A stretch of 64,000 nucleotides of DNA from positions 119,908,001-119,972,000 of the forward strand of contig OZ024745.1 in assembly GCA_964016885.1 (NCBI GenBank). The letters run 5' to 3'. Below the pieces are notes generated by a model that saw nothing but the letters and a program-made list of their open reading frames with translations, was not told the DNA's origin and searched no databases. Of this stretch, positions 38,132 through 50,882 are shown in pieces. The stretch is from Eledone cirrhosa. Its lineage: Eukaryota. The translations under genes and the position numbers were made by a program. How positions within the stretch are numbered: position 1 is the first letter of the stretch; each line of letters opens with the position of its first letter.

Positions 38132-39004
38132 TCAATGTAAGTATTGTGTCTTAGTTGCCATTGCCCGTGGAATATCCACGGGACCAGCTCGCTGTTTACT
38201 ATTTTCTCTGGTTGATGATATTTAATGATTATTTGTATATAATTGTGTATCAAACAATTCCCATACTTTTTAGACAGTAGTATTCTAAAAAGATGAATCC
38301 GGAATCGCATGTGCTACATACCGGTGTCTTTTAATATTTAAAGCATCAACACTGTGCAATTGTCATGTTGTATGAATCCTATAATCTGCTATTACTCAAA
38401 CCGTTAACTGCTTGTAACGATTCAAATTTCTTCTTTTATAAATAGATTCCTTTGTGTCACAATTTTCGGCAAACTCTGTATATTCAGATATTCAATCGAA
38501 TTTATTATATGTGAATAACTATTCGTCTACGGTGCAATAATTTATCTTTTCTATAATATAACATCTAGTCTATTCAATAAATATTGTATAGGAATTGATT
38601 CCGTTATTTATAATTGTTTTATTTTCCGTTGTAATTATATGTAAATCATATAACACTTAGAATAAATGTTTTAGCCAATGTTTTAATACAGAATTTATGG
38701 ACTATATTTTTCGGCTTACAATGCACCTTCTTCTGACGATAGCTACGCTTTTCATCATTAAAACTTTCTTTATTCTTTTGCGCAAAATCCTGCAGTAGTA
38801 CATACTTTAAGTAGCATTTCAAAACGTGGTTGCTCTTTCTAATAGGTCAAGCAAACACGGAGTAGTTAGAGAAAGGTCCAGTAATATAGCGAATGCTTTG
38901 CTGATAGCATTGAGTATAAAGGTGGTACAAGGACCAAGAATGTCTGATGTCTCCATGAATACAGGTTCAAAGACAAACTTTTTAGAATATTCCAACAGTT
39001 TTGA

Positions 39005-39058
39005 GGGCAGTGGATTGGCAGTATCGGTAGAGCGTCGGATACCCTGCTTCTCGGCATA
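39005..39058 (+). mobile_element. SINE family A head fragment
   Basis: GGCAGTGGATTGGCAGTATCGGTAGAGCGTCGGA. Confidence 0.7.
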
Positions 39059-39082
39059 AATTTAAAGGGTTAAATCAGAAAC

Positions 39083-40702
39083 CAATATTTCAGAAGCTTG
39101 CAATCTTCAGGTTTTCGGGCTCCGGCACCAGGTTGTCACTGGAGAATATGTCGCTACTTGATGTGTCCCAAATGAAGGGTTTACCACAACGGAAGATTAT
39201 GATGCCATCTTACATTCTGCCATCCCCTCAAACCACCCCCACTGGTTCAAGCTGTGAATAGAAACTAGCGTGAATAGAAACTAGCTAAGTTTAATGATCT
39301 TGTGGAGAGGACATGGCGTAGAACGCAATCAACACCGTGACGAAAGCAAAGATATTAAAGAGACTTCTAGATTTGATTGAATCAATATCTACCAATATCC
39401 CTCTTTGCATTTCTAATTTACAGACGATTATAAATACGAACAATTATGCATACCATGAGACTACCCCATTGATACTTCCTCGGAAATATCGCATGAACTG
39501 ATCTTGACTTAATATTTTTAAATATGTAAGGAAGATATGACCTTTTTAATGATATATTAATGTGTTCCTACTGTTCAAATTTTAGTTAAACATCATCCTT
39601 GTCCTTTATTTTACAATTCAACTAGTTTGTGGTAATATAATCCTTGTAAAATATCTCATTATACCTGCTTCTTTATTGCTCTCAATTGACTCACTTGTTT
39701 TTCTAGTTATTCTAGCTTGACGCAAGTAAACAACTATTGATATGTTGATAGGTAATTCAATTATCCTAGGTAAAATGAAATATAAAATACAAACACCAAA
39801 CCATAAAATAACATTAATATACTATGAAAAAAGAACACACGACTAAAATCAAAACAACCTTCTACAAGGATATGGTCCGAACGTGGAAGAGCCGAACTCC
39901 CACCGTTATCGCCCCCATCACTCTTGCCCTCCCCATCTCTCTGTATAGTGAGCAAATGGGGTCCCACGTGCTGGCCTCCCCACAGCCCCGGCGGACAGAA
40001 TGGAGAAGGCGTTTCCCCAGAGAATGGTAAGGGAGATGCGCTGCAAGAGCCATTCCATCTCACGAGGCTCACACCTGCGGCTGGCCAGCTCAGGGCCTAT
40101 GGTGGTGAGTACGGGGGTAGCCCTAGGGCCAAGGACACTGCAGCTTTTAGAATTAAGTTTCTGGTGTCCATCTTTACATACTTCGAAAACATTAGTTGCA
40201 GGTACATACGTCATCTGTTGTACATGGATAACTTCAATCTGTGTCCTGCAGACGACATATTAGTTCTCAACTACTGAAGATACGTGTATTCATTTGAAGT
40301 GTTATATAAATGGGTGTACTAAAACGAGATTAAATAAACGTAAAGTGGCAAAAATTACTAAAACCCATTGGTCCTTCCTTTAGATAGTATTAGAGAGATA
40401 AAAGAAACCTAAACCTGGTTTGTGATTACGTAGGAATTAGTGAAGTAGATAATATCATACACGTACACCAACCCACATAAAAAGAAGGATATATAGTAAT
40501 ATAGGATCACTACGACAAAGTTTTGAGAATATTTCAACAGCTTGCAATCTTCAGATTCTCGGGCACCGAAGCCGAATGCATCACGTTTTCACTGCAGGAT
40601 ATGTACTTGATGTATCCCAAATGAAGAGTTTACAACAACGGAAGATTATGATGCCATCTTACTTTCTGCCATCCCCTCAAACCATCCCACTGGTTCAAGT
40701 TG
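39083..40702. repeat. About 170-bp direct repeats (39083-39254 and 40528-40702)
   Basis: Shared GCTTGCAATCTTCAG...CCCAAATGAAG...ACAACGGAAGATTATGATGCCATCTTAC.TTCTGCCATCCCCTCAAACCA.CCCACTGGTTCAAG. Confidence 0.85.
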
Positions 40703-40837
40703 CAAATCCCAGATTATTACTTAAAACAAGAATTACATGTAAACAATAAAATAAAAGACACCAATATAATAGATATTCCAGTATTTAGTTATATGTATAC
40801 TATTCTCAACTGAACTCTAAAGAAATTAGCAAAAGTA

Positions 40838-41040
40838 GACACGTGGCTTAGTGGTTAGAGATTGGGATATTCAATCGTGAGGTTGCGAATTCAATTCTCG
40901 AACCACGTGATGCATTGTGTCCTTGAGCAAGACACTTTATTTCACGTTGCTCCTTCTGTCAAGAGTTACGACAGGTATATAGTATCAGTAACGGAAAAAC
41001 CAATGGAAACATTGTTTCCTTGGTCCGATATGACGAGGTC
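40838..41040 (+). mobile_element. SINE family B copy
   Basis: CGTGGCTTAGTGGTTAGAG...TGTGTCCTTGAGCAAGACACTTTATTTCACGTTGCTCC...GGAAACATTGTTTCCT. Confidence 0.85.
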
Positions 41041-41539
41041 CACCAACTCGACAGGCGCATCAAGTCTGGGATCTTGTTGAACGATCAGAGTGAGACAGAA
41101 AGAGAAAAATGATAACTGCTCAAAATAGTACATAAAAATGAATGTATGCTTATCATTAATATTAGCAAGTCGGAGGATTATAAAACGACAAAACTATTAC
41201 AAATTATCTACAATAGTAATACATAAATATCTTGTGCAAAATAATAGATAACTATTACCATATTTATAAAGCACAAACAAACCAAAATAAGAATACTTTC
41301 GTATCTTCATGGAAGTCAATAAATATACAATATATTTTGTTTCGGTTGGTGAATATAATCAGAGCTTGCTTCTTCTCATGAAGGTCAATAGTTCTCTTCT
41401 AACTTGACGGGGACGCCTTCCCATTGTCAATTTGCATTGATGATCTGCAAAGCCGCATTGCTTTCAAAATAACTACACCAGTCTTTCGATGCGTGCAGCT
41501 GGAACTACTGCCACAGGTTTTTTCTTTATTTTTTTCAGA

Positions 41540-42140
41540 TAGCCGTTGACTCTTATGAGTTCATCCGCCCTTTGTCATGTTTTTTTTTTCGGTCCTGCAG
41601 GGTGTCCAAAATCACCCTCCTCACTAGGTAAACTTGGTGGGGTTGCCGGTTTAGTCGCCGTCGACCGACCATGTGACAGATTGTATTAGGTTACATGTTA
41701 CCAGTAGCACTCAACAGTGACCTGACGATATGCAAGGAAGGCAAAAATAAAAATAAAAAGCAAAGTAACAGCATACAAAAATTGAATTAAACATGGGGTA
41801 ACAGAATATCTAAGCAGCCATGTTGAAATTTCGAAGAAAATCAGCCTGAAAATGAACAGGAGTTGGAATATGAGCTAGGCGTCATGCCAAGGGACAGGCG
41901 ATATGATCTTGGTCGATGAACACGAGACTGTTGATGGTGTGAGCCGCTTCACATAACGTAGCAATGTTCTGTGTGAGTATTAAAGTGAAAGTGATAACAA
42001 ATGCATTATCATAAAACCTGCAAGGAGTCCAAATTCACCCTCCTCACCAAATAAAGTTGGTAGGGTTGCCAGTTTAGTCGACCATGGGAGAGGTTGTACT
42101 GGTTTACATGTTACTAGTAGTACTCAAGAGTGACCTGACA
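41540..42140. repeat. Two copies (41540-41730, 42025-42140) of the repeat seen at 6160-6360
   Basis: TCACCCTCCTCAC...TTGGT.GGGTTGCC.GTTTAGTCG...GTTACATGTTAC.AGTAG...AGTGACCTGAC. Confidence 0.8.
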
Positions 42141-42242
42141 CAGGGCAGAACAACTGATAAGAGTCAAGGGTCATCCAAAAATGTGTAAATATGTATATAC
42201 ACATGTAGATATGTATGTGTATGTATATACGTGTGTATAATA

Positions 42243-45200
42243 TGCCTGGGCATGCACCTCTGTAGGGGGGGGGGGGCTAGCCATGCCCTATTCGGGACAG
42301 CTCGTCCTGCATTGGGTCAAACCTGACACCCAGCCCTCACCTGTGGCCCCAAGAAGCTGTAGCATGCGACAGCGGCCACACCCTGGTAAACCGCCTTGGC
42401 TGGCGGCCCGAACCAGGTTGGGCGAGAGGCAGAGGTAACAGGTGGAGGAAACCTCTGGAAGTAGCCAGTCTTAAACCCACACGCGGGCGGCCTGGATGCG
42501 CAAGTCGTTCACCCCCTGACCCTGGGATGACAGAGGAGTTCAGGCGTTCCACTGGGCGACTGAGCCTGCTCACCCTCGCACGAGGGGAGGGGCGATAAAA
42601 GGATCCCTAACCAAATGCTCGTCCCACACAAAACTGGCCAGTCTACCGTGGCTGGCGGTTTTACCCTTCCAAGCGGAATAGAAAGAAAACCTTGATTCTT
42701 GGCGCATAGAATGTGCGCACCCTCATGGATAGGGAAACCTCATTGAGGCCAGAGAGAAGAACTGCCTTCATAGCAAGGGAATTAGCTCGTTACTAGACTC
42801 GCCGAAGAAGGATCAGTAACAGAACCGAAAGGAGGCTACACCTTCTTTTGGAAGGGCAATGCAAAGGACGAGGACAGAATCATTTGGGTAGGCCTGGCCA
42901 TCAGGACTTCGTTCTGCAAGCAGCTACCAGACTTCCCAACACCTGTGAGTGAGCGGCTGATGAAACTCCGCTTCCCCCTCGACCCATCTCGGCATTTCAC
43001 AGTCATCAGCGCGTTCGCACCCACTCTCACCAGCAACGATGAAGCAAAGGACGCTTTCTACGGGGAACTCAACGCACTCGTGAAGGGCGACCCCACAAGC
43101 GATAAACTCATCCTACTGGAGGACTTCAACGCAAGAGTCGGGTCTGACAGCAGCCACTGGAGAGGTGTGCTGGGACCTAATGGCACAGGGAAGCTGAACT
43201 CTAACGGCCTGATACTGTTGAGTTTCTGCGCCGAGAACGACCTCACCATCACCAGCACACTATTCCGCCAGGCAGACAAGTTCAAGACGACATGGATGCA
43301 CTCCAGATCCAAACAGTGGCATCTGATTGACTTTGACTTGGCCATATGCCGCAAGAGGGACATCCGTGATGTCAAAATCACCAGGGCCATGCGTGATGCA
43401 GAGTGTTGGACCGACCATCGCCTGGTCAGGACCATCCTGTCACTGCACATTACCCCGACGCATCGCAAGCCTCCGAAAGTCTGTAGGCCAGCTTTCGACG
43501 TCGCATGACTCAAGCAACCAGAGCATCGTGATCCGTTCGCGGAAGACCTGAACGGCCGACTGACTTCCCATGGACCATTAACCGGACCCCCAACTCAACA
43601 GTGGGACTATTTCAGATCGCTGGTGATAGAGTCAGCCAAGGCAACCATCGAGCCGAGGAAGAGATTCTACCAGGACTGGTTTGATGAAAACGATGAGCGC
43701 ATCAGACAACTCCTGGACGAGAAGAGGAGGCTTTCATTGAGTGGCAGAATGATAGCTCCTCCACCTCGAAGCACGACCGCTTCAAGCACCTCCAGAGCAG
43801 ACCCAAGCAGCGCTACGCAGAATGCATGACAAGGGGTGAGAAAAGCCTCGACCTCCTCTCCCACCCACACGTTGGATGAAGTCACGAAGGCAATCAACCA
43901 GACCAGCTCAGGAAAGGCCACAGGGAAGGAGGGGATTCTTGCCGAGATCTTCAAGTCGGCCGGTCCAGCTGCCCTGGGGGCCTTCCACACACTCCTTGTC
44001 AGCATATGGGAGGAAGAAGAGGTGCCCAAAGACTTCAGGGATTCCACAGTTGTCTCGCTTTTTAAGAACAAAGGCAACAAAACTGACTGTGGCAACTATC
44101 GGGGAATTTCTCTCCTGTCCATCGCTGGGAAGGTCCTGGCTCGGGTCATGCTCAACCGCCTCATCGCCAACGTCTCGAAGGACAACCTGCCTGAGGCCCA
44201 GTGTGGGTTCCGCCCAAACCGCAGCCCGATCGACATGATCTTCTCTGTACGCCAGCTGCAGGAGAAGTATTTTGAGCAGAACATGGACCTCTTTGCCGTT
44301 TCATAGACTTGACGAGGCCTTCGACACTGTCAACAGCGAGGCCCTCTGGTCGATGCTGTCGAAGTTTCGATGCTCGACAAAGTTCATGAACCTGATACGG
44401 CAATTCCATGACGACATGACCGGGAAGATTCACTCGGGCGGAGAAGCATCGGAGCCGTTCGTAATCATCAACGGCGTCAAGCAAGGATGCGTGCTGGCTC
44501 CCGTCCCCGTCAACCTATTCTTCACCTGCGTGCTCAATCATGCCGTCAGGCACGGAGTGTATCTGCGATGCAGACTGGACGGCTCCCTGTTTGACCTGCG
44601 GCGCCTGACGGCCAAGACAAGGACCGTGCAAAGTATCGTCCTGGAGGCACTTTTTGCTGACGACTGTGCCCTCATGGCCCACAGGGAGTCTGACCTCCAA
44701 GTCATCGTCAACAAGTTCGCGGAGGCCTCCTGCTTCTTCGGTCTCACAATTAGCCTTGGCAAGACTGAGGTCCTGTTCCAGCCTGCACCTGCGTCCGTCG
44801 CCCACCCTCTTTCCATCTCAATCGGAGGCACCCAGCTAAATACGGTGGACGACTTCAAGTACCTCGGCAGTGTCATTAGCAGCGATGGAAGCCTCGACAA
44901 GGAGATAAATGCCAGGATCTGCAAAGCCAGTCAAGCCCTTGGCCGCCTGAAGACACGCGTCCTGAACCAGCACAACACCAGGCAGTCCACCAAGCTCAAG
45001 GTGTAGAGGGCCGTTGTTCTCACCAGCCTCCTCTATGGATGTGAGACATGGACCCTGTACAGAAGGCACCTGAAGCAGCTGGAACGGTACCACATGCGCA
45101 GCCTGCGGTCAATCATTAACATCAAATGGCAGGACAAGGTCTCTAACCTCGAAGTTCTTGACATGGATGAGACAACCAGTGTTGAAGCTATGATACTGAA

Positions 45201-45650
45201 GAGCCGACTTCGATGGGTGGGACATGTCATCCGGATGGACAATCACAGGCTTCCGAAGCAACTGATGTATGGGGAACTCTGTTCGGGGAAACGAAAGCGG
45301 GGCAGGCCTCTCAAGAGGTTCAAAGACTGCGTGAAGTCCAGTATTAACAACACTGGAATCGCCCCAAAACAACTCGAGCCCATGCTCAGGACAGGACTGA
45401 GTGGAGAGCCCTTACCAGACGCACCAAAGTCTCTTTTGAAGAGAAGAGACGGGCAGAGGTCACTGAGGCCCGTGAAGAGAGGAGAAATGCATCAACAGCT
45501 GCCCCAAGCGATTCCGGTCCCTTCTCCTGCCCCCACTGGCCCCGGACCTGCAAGTCATGGATCGGCCTCCACAGCCACCTTCGTGCTCACAGCAGACGGG
45601 AACTAAAATAAAGAATATGTCATCATCATTTACGATGGACAACCAAGATC
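42243..45650 (+). mobile_element. Near full-length RTE-clade (BovB-like) LINE, inactivated, with an internal deletion
   Basis: 5' UTR; APE endonuclease (NVRTL, GYTFFW, SERLM, DFNARVG, WHLID, WTDH); RT (NYRGISLL, QCGFR, GVKQGCVLAP, LFADD, FKYLGS); C-terminal IGLHSHLRAH; several frameshifts and stops. Confidence 0.93.
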
Positions 45651-45675
45651 ATAAAACCAACACAATTATTTTGGT

Positions 45676-45900
45676 GACAGTGGGTTGGCAGTATCGGTAG
45701 AGCGTCGGACACCATGCTTTGCGGCACAGAGTCACGGCCCTTTACGTTCTGCGTTTAAATCCCAACGAAGTTAGCTTAGCTTTTCATCCTTACGGAGTGA
45801 ATAAAATAAAGCACCAGTGATGCACTGCGGTCGATTTAACCGGCTTCCTCCCCCCCCCCCTTCAAATTGCTGGATTTGTGCCGAAAGTAGAAACAACTAT
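45676..45900 (+). mobile_element. SINE family A, full length
   Basis: Head, core and tail all present. Confidence 0.85.
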
Positions 45901-47839
45901 TTTGGTGACAGTACAAAATATGACATATGAATCCATATTTACCAATATCAAAATCGGTCTATATCAATTCCCTCGTACCACAAACAGTGCTATATGTACA
46001 CGAATCATAGAAGCAATATCTGCAAACCAGCAAATATTTCAATATCTATCATCAAACCAAAGTTGTTTGTAGAAATTCCAGAGACGTTTATACCAGGATT
46101 ATATCAATATTGACGTGAACACATGACGAGTATCGTTCCGAGAGCTTTGGGACTAATAATACGACTGATATGTTCTACTGCAGCCAGATCATCGTTAGGC
46201 AGAAAGAGCATAGGGACAGATTCTGACAGGAACATGCCGAAAACAAGGAAGACGGGGCATCACATGACATTATAACACGTTTTAACAACTTTACCTTTCA
46301 TACATTTGAGGTCGATAAAAAAGTACCAGTCTACTACTGGTGTATATTCTTCCTCTATATCTCTTTCTCACTTCCATTCTCTCACCCTCTCTATCCTTCT
46401 CTAGAAGAAATATGCTGTATTCAGGCCTGGAGAGGAGATGGGCTCCGCCAGGTTTAAAAGTGCCCCAGAAATACCGTATGTCATTACGGTGCAGCTACGA
46501 CTCCATCAGGAGTTATGGGATCATCCATCCATCTTTGATATTTGATTTGATCTATTACTAAAGCTAGAAAAACATATTTTATGAATCACTTTATTTTTTG
46601 AGGACCGGAATTATGTGGGCGTATAAATAATTTAAGCTAATAAACATATATACGTGCAACAATAACTGGCATTTTACCTACGAAAATGTTTATATTCCAC
46701 GCTGAGAGAAAAAGGAAATGCTTTCGAAAATAAAACACATATAAAGAGAATTCTATATCATGAACTTGAAACATTATTAATTATTCATAAAAAGGGATTT
46801 GTTAAAGAAGATATATAAATGTTCTTGCGAATAAATTTACAAATTGAATACAACAAATTCCCAAATATATGAGTATTAGGACATTCCTCATTCAAATACA
46901 AATGCGTGCACACACATAGCACATGAACAGCAGTAAAATTGTCGGATACATATCACGAAAATAGTATCCATTGATATGAAAGCACTCAAACAATAACAGG
47001 AAATATTTGTGATTTCAAGCAGCATTCAAGAAACAATTACGCTCAGATAATATCCGATAAAGCTAAAAATAATTACCATATTCACTGTTTCATATTAAAT
47101 TCTCCTAAAATTTTTCTGGACACCATGACATCTCAAGTAAACCTAGATCATATGAATACATAAATTACTGCAATTTTCTTCAAGAAGTTTAACACGTGAA
47201 ATTATATATATTCTTCCCTACTGTTTTGGTGATAATATTACCACGGACATGGTGATAGGCAAAGGATCAGATAATTCAATTTAATTGTAAAAAATACTAT
47301 ATCTAAAATATAAATATAAAATACTATATTGCATGCCGCTGTGCCTAATCAGTGCGAAAGAGTACTTTAAAAAATTATGCATGAAATATGGAATATAAAA
47401 ATGTGGACAGGTTCCATCCGAATGGAATTATTACATTTAACATAAAGAAAATGAGGTGCGCATATGAACATATCACATTGAACATCCCGTTCTGAGGCTG
47501 AACTCTCTTCGAAAACATTCTTTGTGTAAAAGAAATAAATGAGACTTTAAATTAAGCAATACAATATTGATTCTGATAGAAAAAGTGTTGTAAGACAGAA
47601 TACTTTAACAAGGAAGTTAATAGAATTTGTAATGTACAAACACGTACAACATCAAGTAGCAATTATTAGGTTTCTGTATACTAGTCAGGGTCGTAAACAT
47701 GTTTTAGAAATTATCGTGCTTCACTTTCTTTGCAAAAGTTGGTGAAACCAGAATTAATAGATTTAATGTGAATGTTATGCTTCGTTATTTGATATAGCGT
47801 ACAGCTTAGATTGAAACTGTAACCTCATCAAAAGAGACG

Positions 47840-48750
47840 GTTCATATTTGAGGAATCGAACGTGTGAGGCGAAACGGTTCCGATACGTAGTCGTTTAGTT
47901 TGACCAGCGAACAGATGCAATTGTATTTTGTAGCGATCCAGCTTTTGAAAATGGAATCCAATGTTGATGCTCTTAGCACAAACTTCATATAGTGAGAGTT
48001 GACATTCTCGAAAGCCATTGACGGGTCTAGATCCACCACCATCTCACCAGAACCAAATCTACTAACTACCTGCTCTATTATGAATATCAAGAGAGGCAGA
48101 TTTTCATGGATGGGTTTGTTATAACGAGTGATAACCTATCGGTGGACACTTTTACCAAAGTATTCAACTACGTAGCGGTATGGGTCCGAGTTTCTCATTC
48201 ACATCCCCCTTGTTTGGATATCTTATTATCAGCTTCATCGTTTTTTCAGCTGGCACTACTGGGAAAGGCTGACATACGTATGAAATGATAGTAGCAAAAA
48301 AGTCTGGCATATAAATGCAGAGCTGGTATGGCACCTCGTTCAGTCTCTGGTGGTGAGTATTTTGAGTATTGGCAAGCTATAGTTACGTATCAAAGGCTAT
48401 TTTCTCCACTTCATCGTTCCTCGGAAATCTTTCAGTTGAAAAACAGCGCATTTTTGTTTAGTGTCAAATAGTATGCAGCTGCTGAGGTCTATCTGAGACC
48501 GAATTTGGGTTCTGTCTCCATTATGCACTCAAACCACTCTCCTCTAACGAAACGTTTTTTAGAATTCATCTTTCAGCGAATTTGTCACGGTACAAACAAC
48601 ACACACTTCGTGTTTCGCGTCGAAAAATATGGATTAAGAGCCATTCTCGTCGCTAGCAATACAATTACGATGCCCCCTCTATGCGCCCCTTCCGAAAAAT
48701 CAGCTAGTTTGTTTTGTACCCTATACCTATCTGCTTTATGAAGCTAACCG
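47840..48750 (-). mobile_element. Highly decayed Tx1/L1-type LINE RT fragment
   Basis: DLD.SMAFENV...SWI...SLVKLN.YVSEPF.LTRSI.Q resembles the RT at 51500-51690. Confidence 0.6.
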
Positions 48751-49163
48751 ATATTGTTTTAATTTTCCCTTTGTAGCGAAACCCAATCTTTGTTGTTTAT
48801 GACGGTCTCCCCTCATTTTCTGTGTCCTATTTGACTAGTTCCGTAATCCTGCACCATAAATCTTTCCGCACGGGAAGGATGCGTTCTGTTTGTCTATTGG
48901 TATGACATTATAAAATGGAGTTAAGGACTCACGTTAATCCCCTATAATGTAAGGAACTCAAGGTGTAGATTTCGGGATCTTTATCCGGCAATATATATAA
49001 AAGAATACACAAAGTCGTCTGTATTCAATTATAGGAGATAGAATACAACCATGGGGCAAAATATGATTACAGCATGTCCAGGTGTTATACTATTAAACAA
49101 ATGATTTGTACATTTTAATTTATTCTTTTAATTGAAGGCATGTAACACATGCCTTAGGTGTGT

Positions 49164-49201
<38 letters not shown>

Positions 49202-49207
49202 GTGTGT

Positions 49208-49257
<50 letters not shown>

Positions 49258-49396
49258 GTGTGTAGGAGAGATATTTAATTTGTTGGAAATCCAACGAATA
49301 TAGATGTTTATAACTGATTCAGAGCACTCGGCAGCCTTCTGGAGTAAGTATTCAATGATATTAAATAAATGGAAACTATATTTATAAAACCATATT

Positions 49397-49457
49397 TATT
49401 CTATTATATTTATTTCAAGGGTACCAAAATTTTGGTACGCTATCATCAGATAAAATA
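49397..49457 (-). ncRNA. Type I hammerhead ribozyme
   Basis: TATTTTAT-CTGATGA-TAGC-GTACCAAAATTTTGGTAC-CCTT-GAAAT-AAAT-ATA-ATAGAATA; 8-bp helix I. Confidence 0.75.
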
Positions 49458-50752
49458 CAAAATGTTTTATAGATATTTGACATGACCAAGGATAATATAC
49501 CTTAACGGTTCAAGTTATCCCTGGATAGTGAAGGGAAGAGAGAAAAAGAAAAGTCAGATATTTAAAATTATTAATATGAGTATGCAAATGATGATTATAT
49601 TAAAGGGCCGAAAAAACGTTATTTTAGAAGCTATGGAAAATTTAAATAATTATGATAAGTTATTGTAATGACACCCTCTAAAGCTAATTTTTAAATGTAG
49701 ATTAATAACCATTAACTGTTTTCAGTAAAATATATCCTATTCAAGATGATGTTTAATTATTCATATTTCTTTAGACTCAATAATTAATCCCACACTAGCA
49801 ATTAATAATAATTAAAAAATCGGAGTTATCTTTCCTTTTATCAATCATAAATCTTTTTATACGTAACTCCGTTAATTTAATTTAAACCTTATCAATTATA
49901 ACTACCTGTTTATTTACATAAAATCATCATCCCTAGTAACTTATATTATGAACAACCACCTATTTATTTATTTATTTATTTATTTATAAATCAACATCCA
50001 TCATAACTCATATTATAAACAAACTATCCTTTTAATAAAAAAAAAAACACATATGCTATTATTAATAGATATTTATATTTATTATAAGATAAATAATTCT
50101 CCATATAAATATAGATAAATGTCTTAATATATTTCCCTTATACTAACGTTTAAGTGGTCTCCCTTTTCCTTCTTCTTAACTTCCTTCTTCTTTAACAATT
50201 TTTGTTTGATAATTTATATAGCTTCGTTAAATTAACAATATTCCGAAAACATTCTCAATGTTGAAAACTTTTTGAATCCACAAATTATTCTAATCTCACA
50301 ACTTGAAAATAAAACTTCAACATCCTCCGTAACTCATATTTGTTTACATAAACAATCAATGCATACGCAACTTATTAATATATAGAGAGATATTTATATA
50401 CATATAACCTATCCTGATATAATAAGATTAAAATACTTACAACTTCATATTATAAATCATAATATAGGTAAAAAATGTTTCCCCCAAATTAACGTTATTC
50501 CTTTCTCTTTCTCCTCCTTTCTCTTTCTCTTCCTTACTACCCATACAATAACTTATCATAATTATTTAAATTTTCCATAGCGTCTAAAATAACGTTTTTT
50601 CAGAGCTTTAATATAAACATCATTTGCATATTCATATTAATAATTTTAAATATCTGACTTTTCTTCTTCTCTCTTCCCTTCACTATCCAGGGATAACTTG
50701 AACCGTTAAGGTATATTATCCTTGGTCATGTCAAATATTTATAAAACATTTT

Positions 50753-50815
50753 GTATGTTATGTGATGATAGCGTACCAACATTTTGGGTACCCTTGAAAT
50801 ATATATAATAGAATA
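50753..50815 (+). ncRNA. Second copy of the 49397 hammerhead (C3 changed to G)
   Basis: GTGATGA-TAGCGTACC...GGTACCCTT-GAAAT-ATAT-ATA-ATAGAATA. Confidence 0.6.
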
Positions 50816-50882
50816 AATATGATTTTATAAATATAGTTTCCATTTATTTAATATCATTGTATATATATATATATACACACAC

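Larger units (their letters stand above)
49353..50859. mobile_element. 1.5-kb element with about 315-bp inverted termini, each holding an outward-reading hammerhead
   Basis: 49353-49667 is the reverse complement of 50544-50859; AT-rich interior with no ORF. Confidence 0.85.

Noticed and set aside
38696-38740. CAGAAGA..GCC-GAAAA..GTC on the minus strand
   Set aside because: Several core mismatches and no helix I
43058-45372. Long antisense ORFs over the RTE element (similar ones over the R4, Tx1 and Penelope elements)
   Set aside because: Shadow frames of retroelement coding sequence
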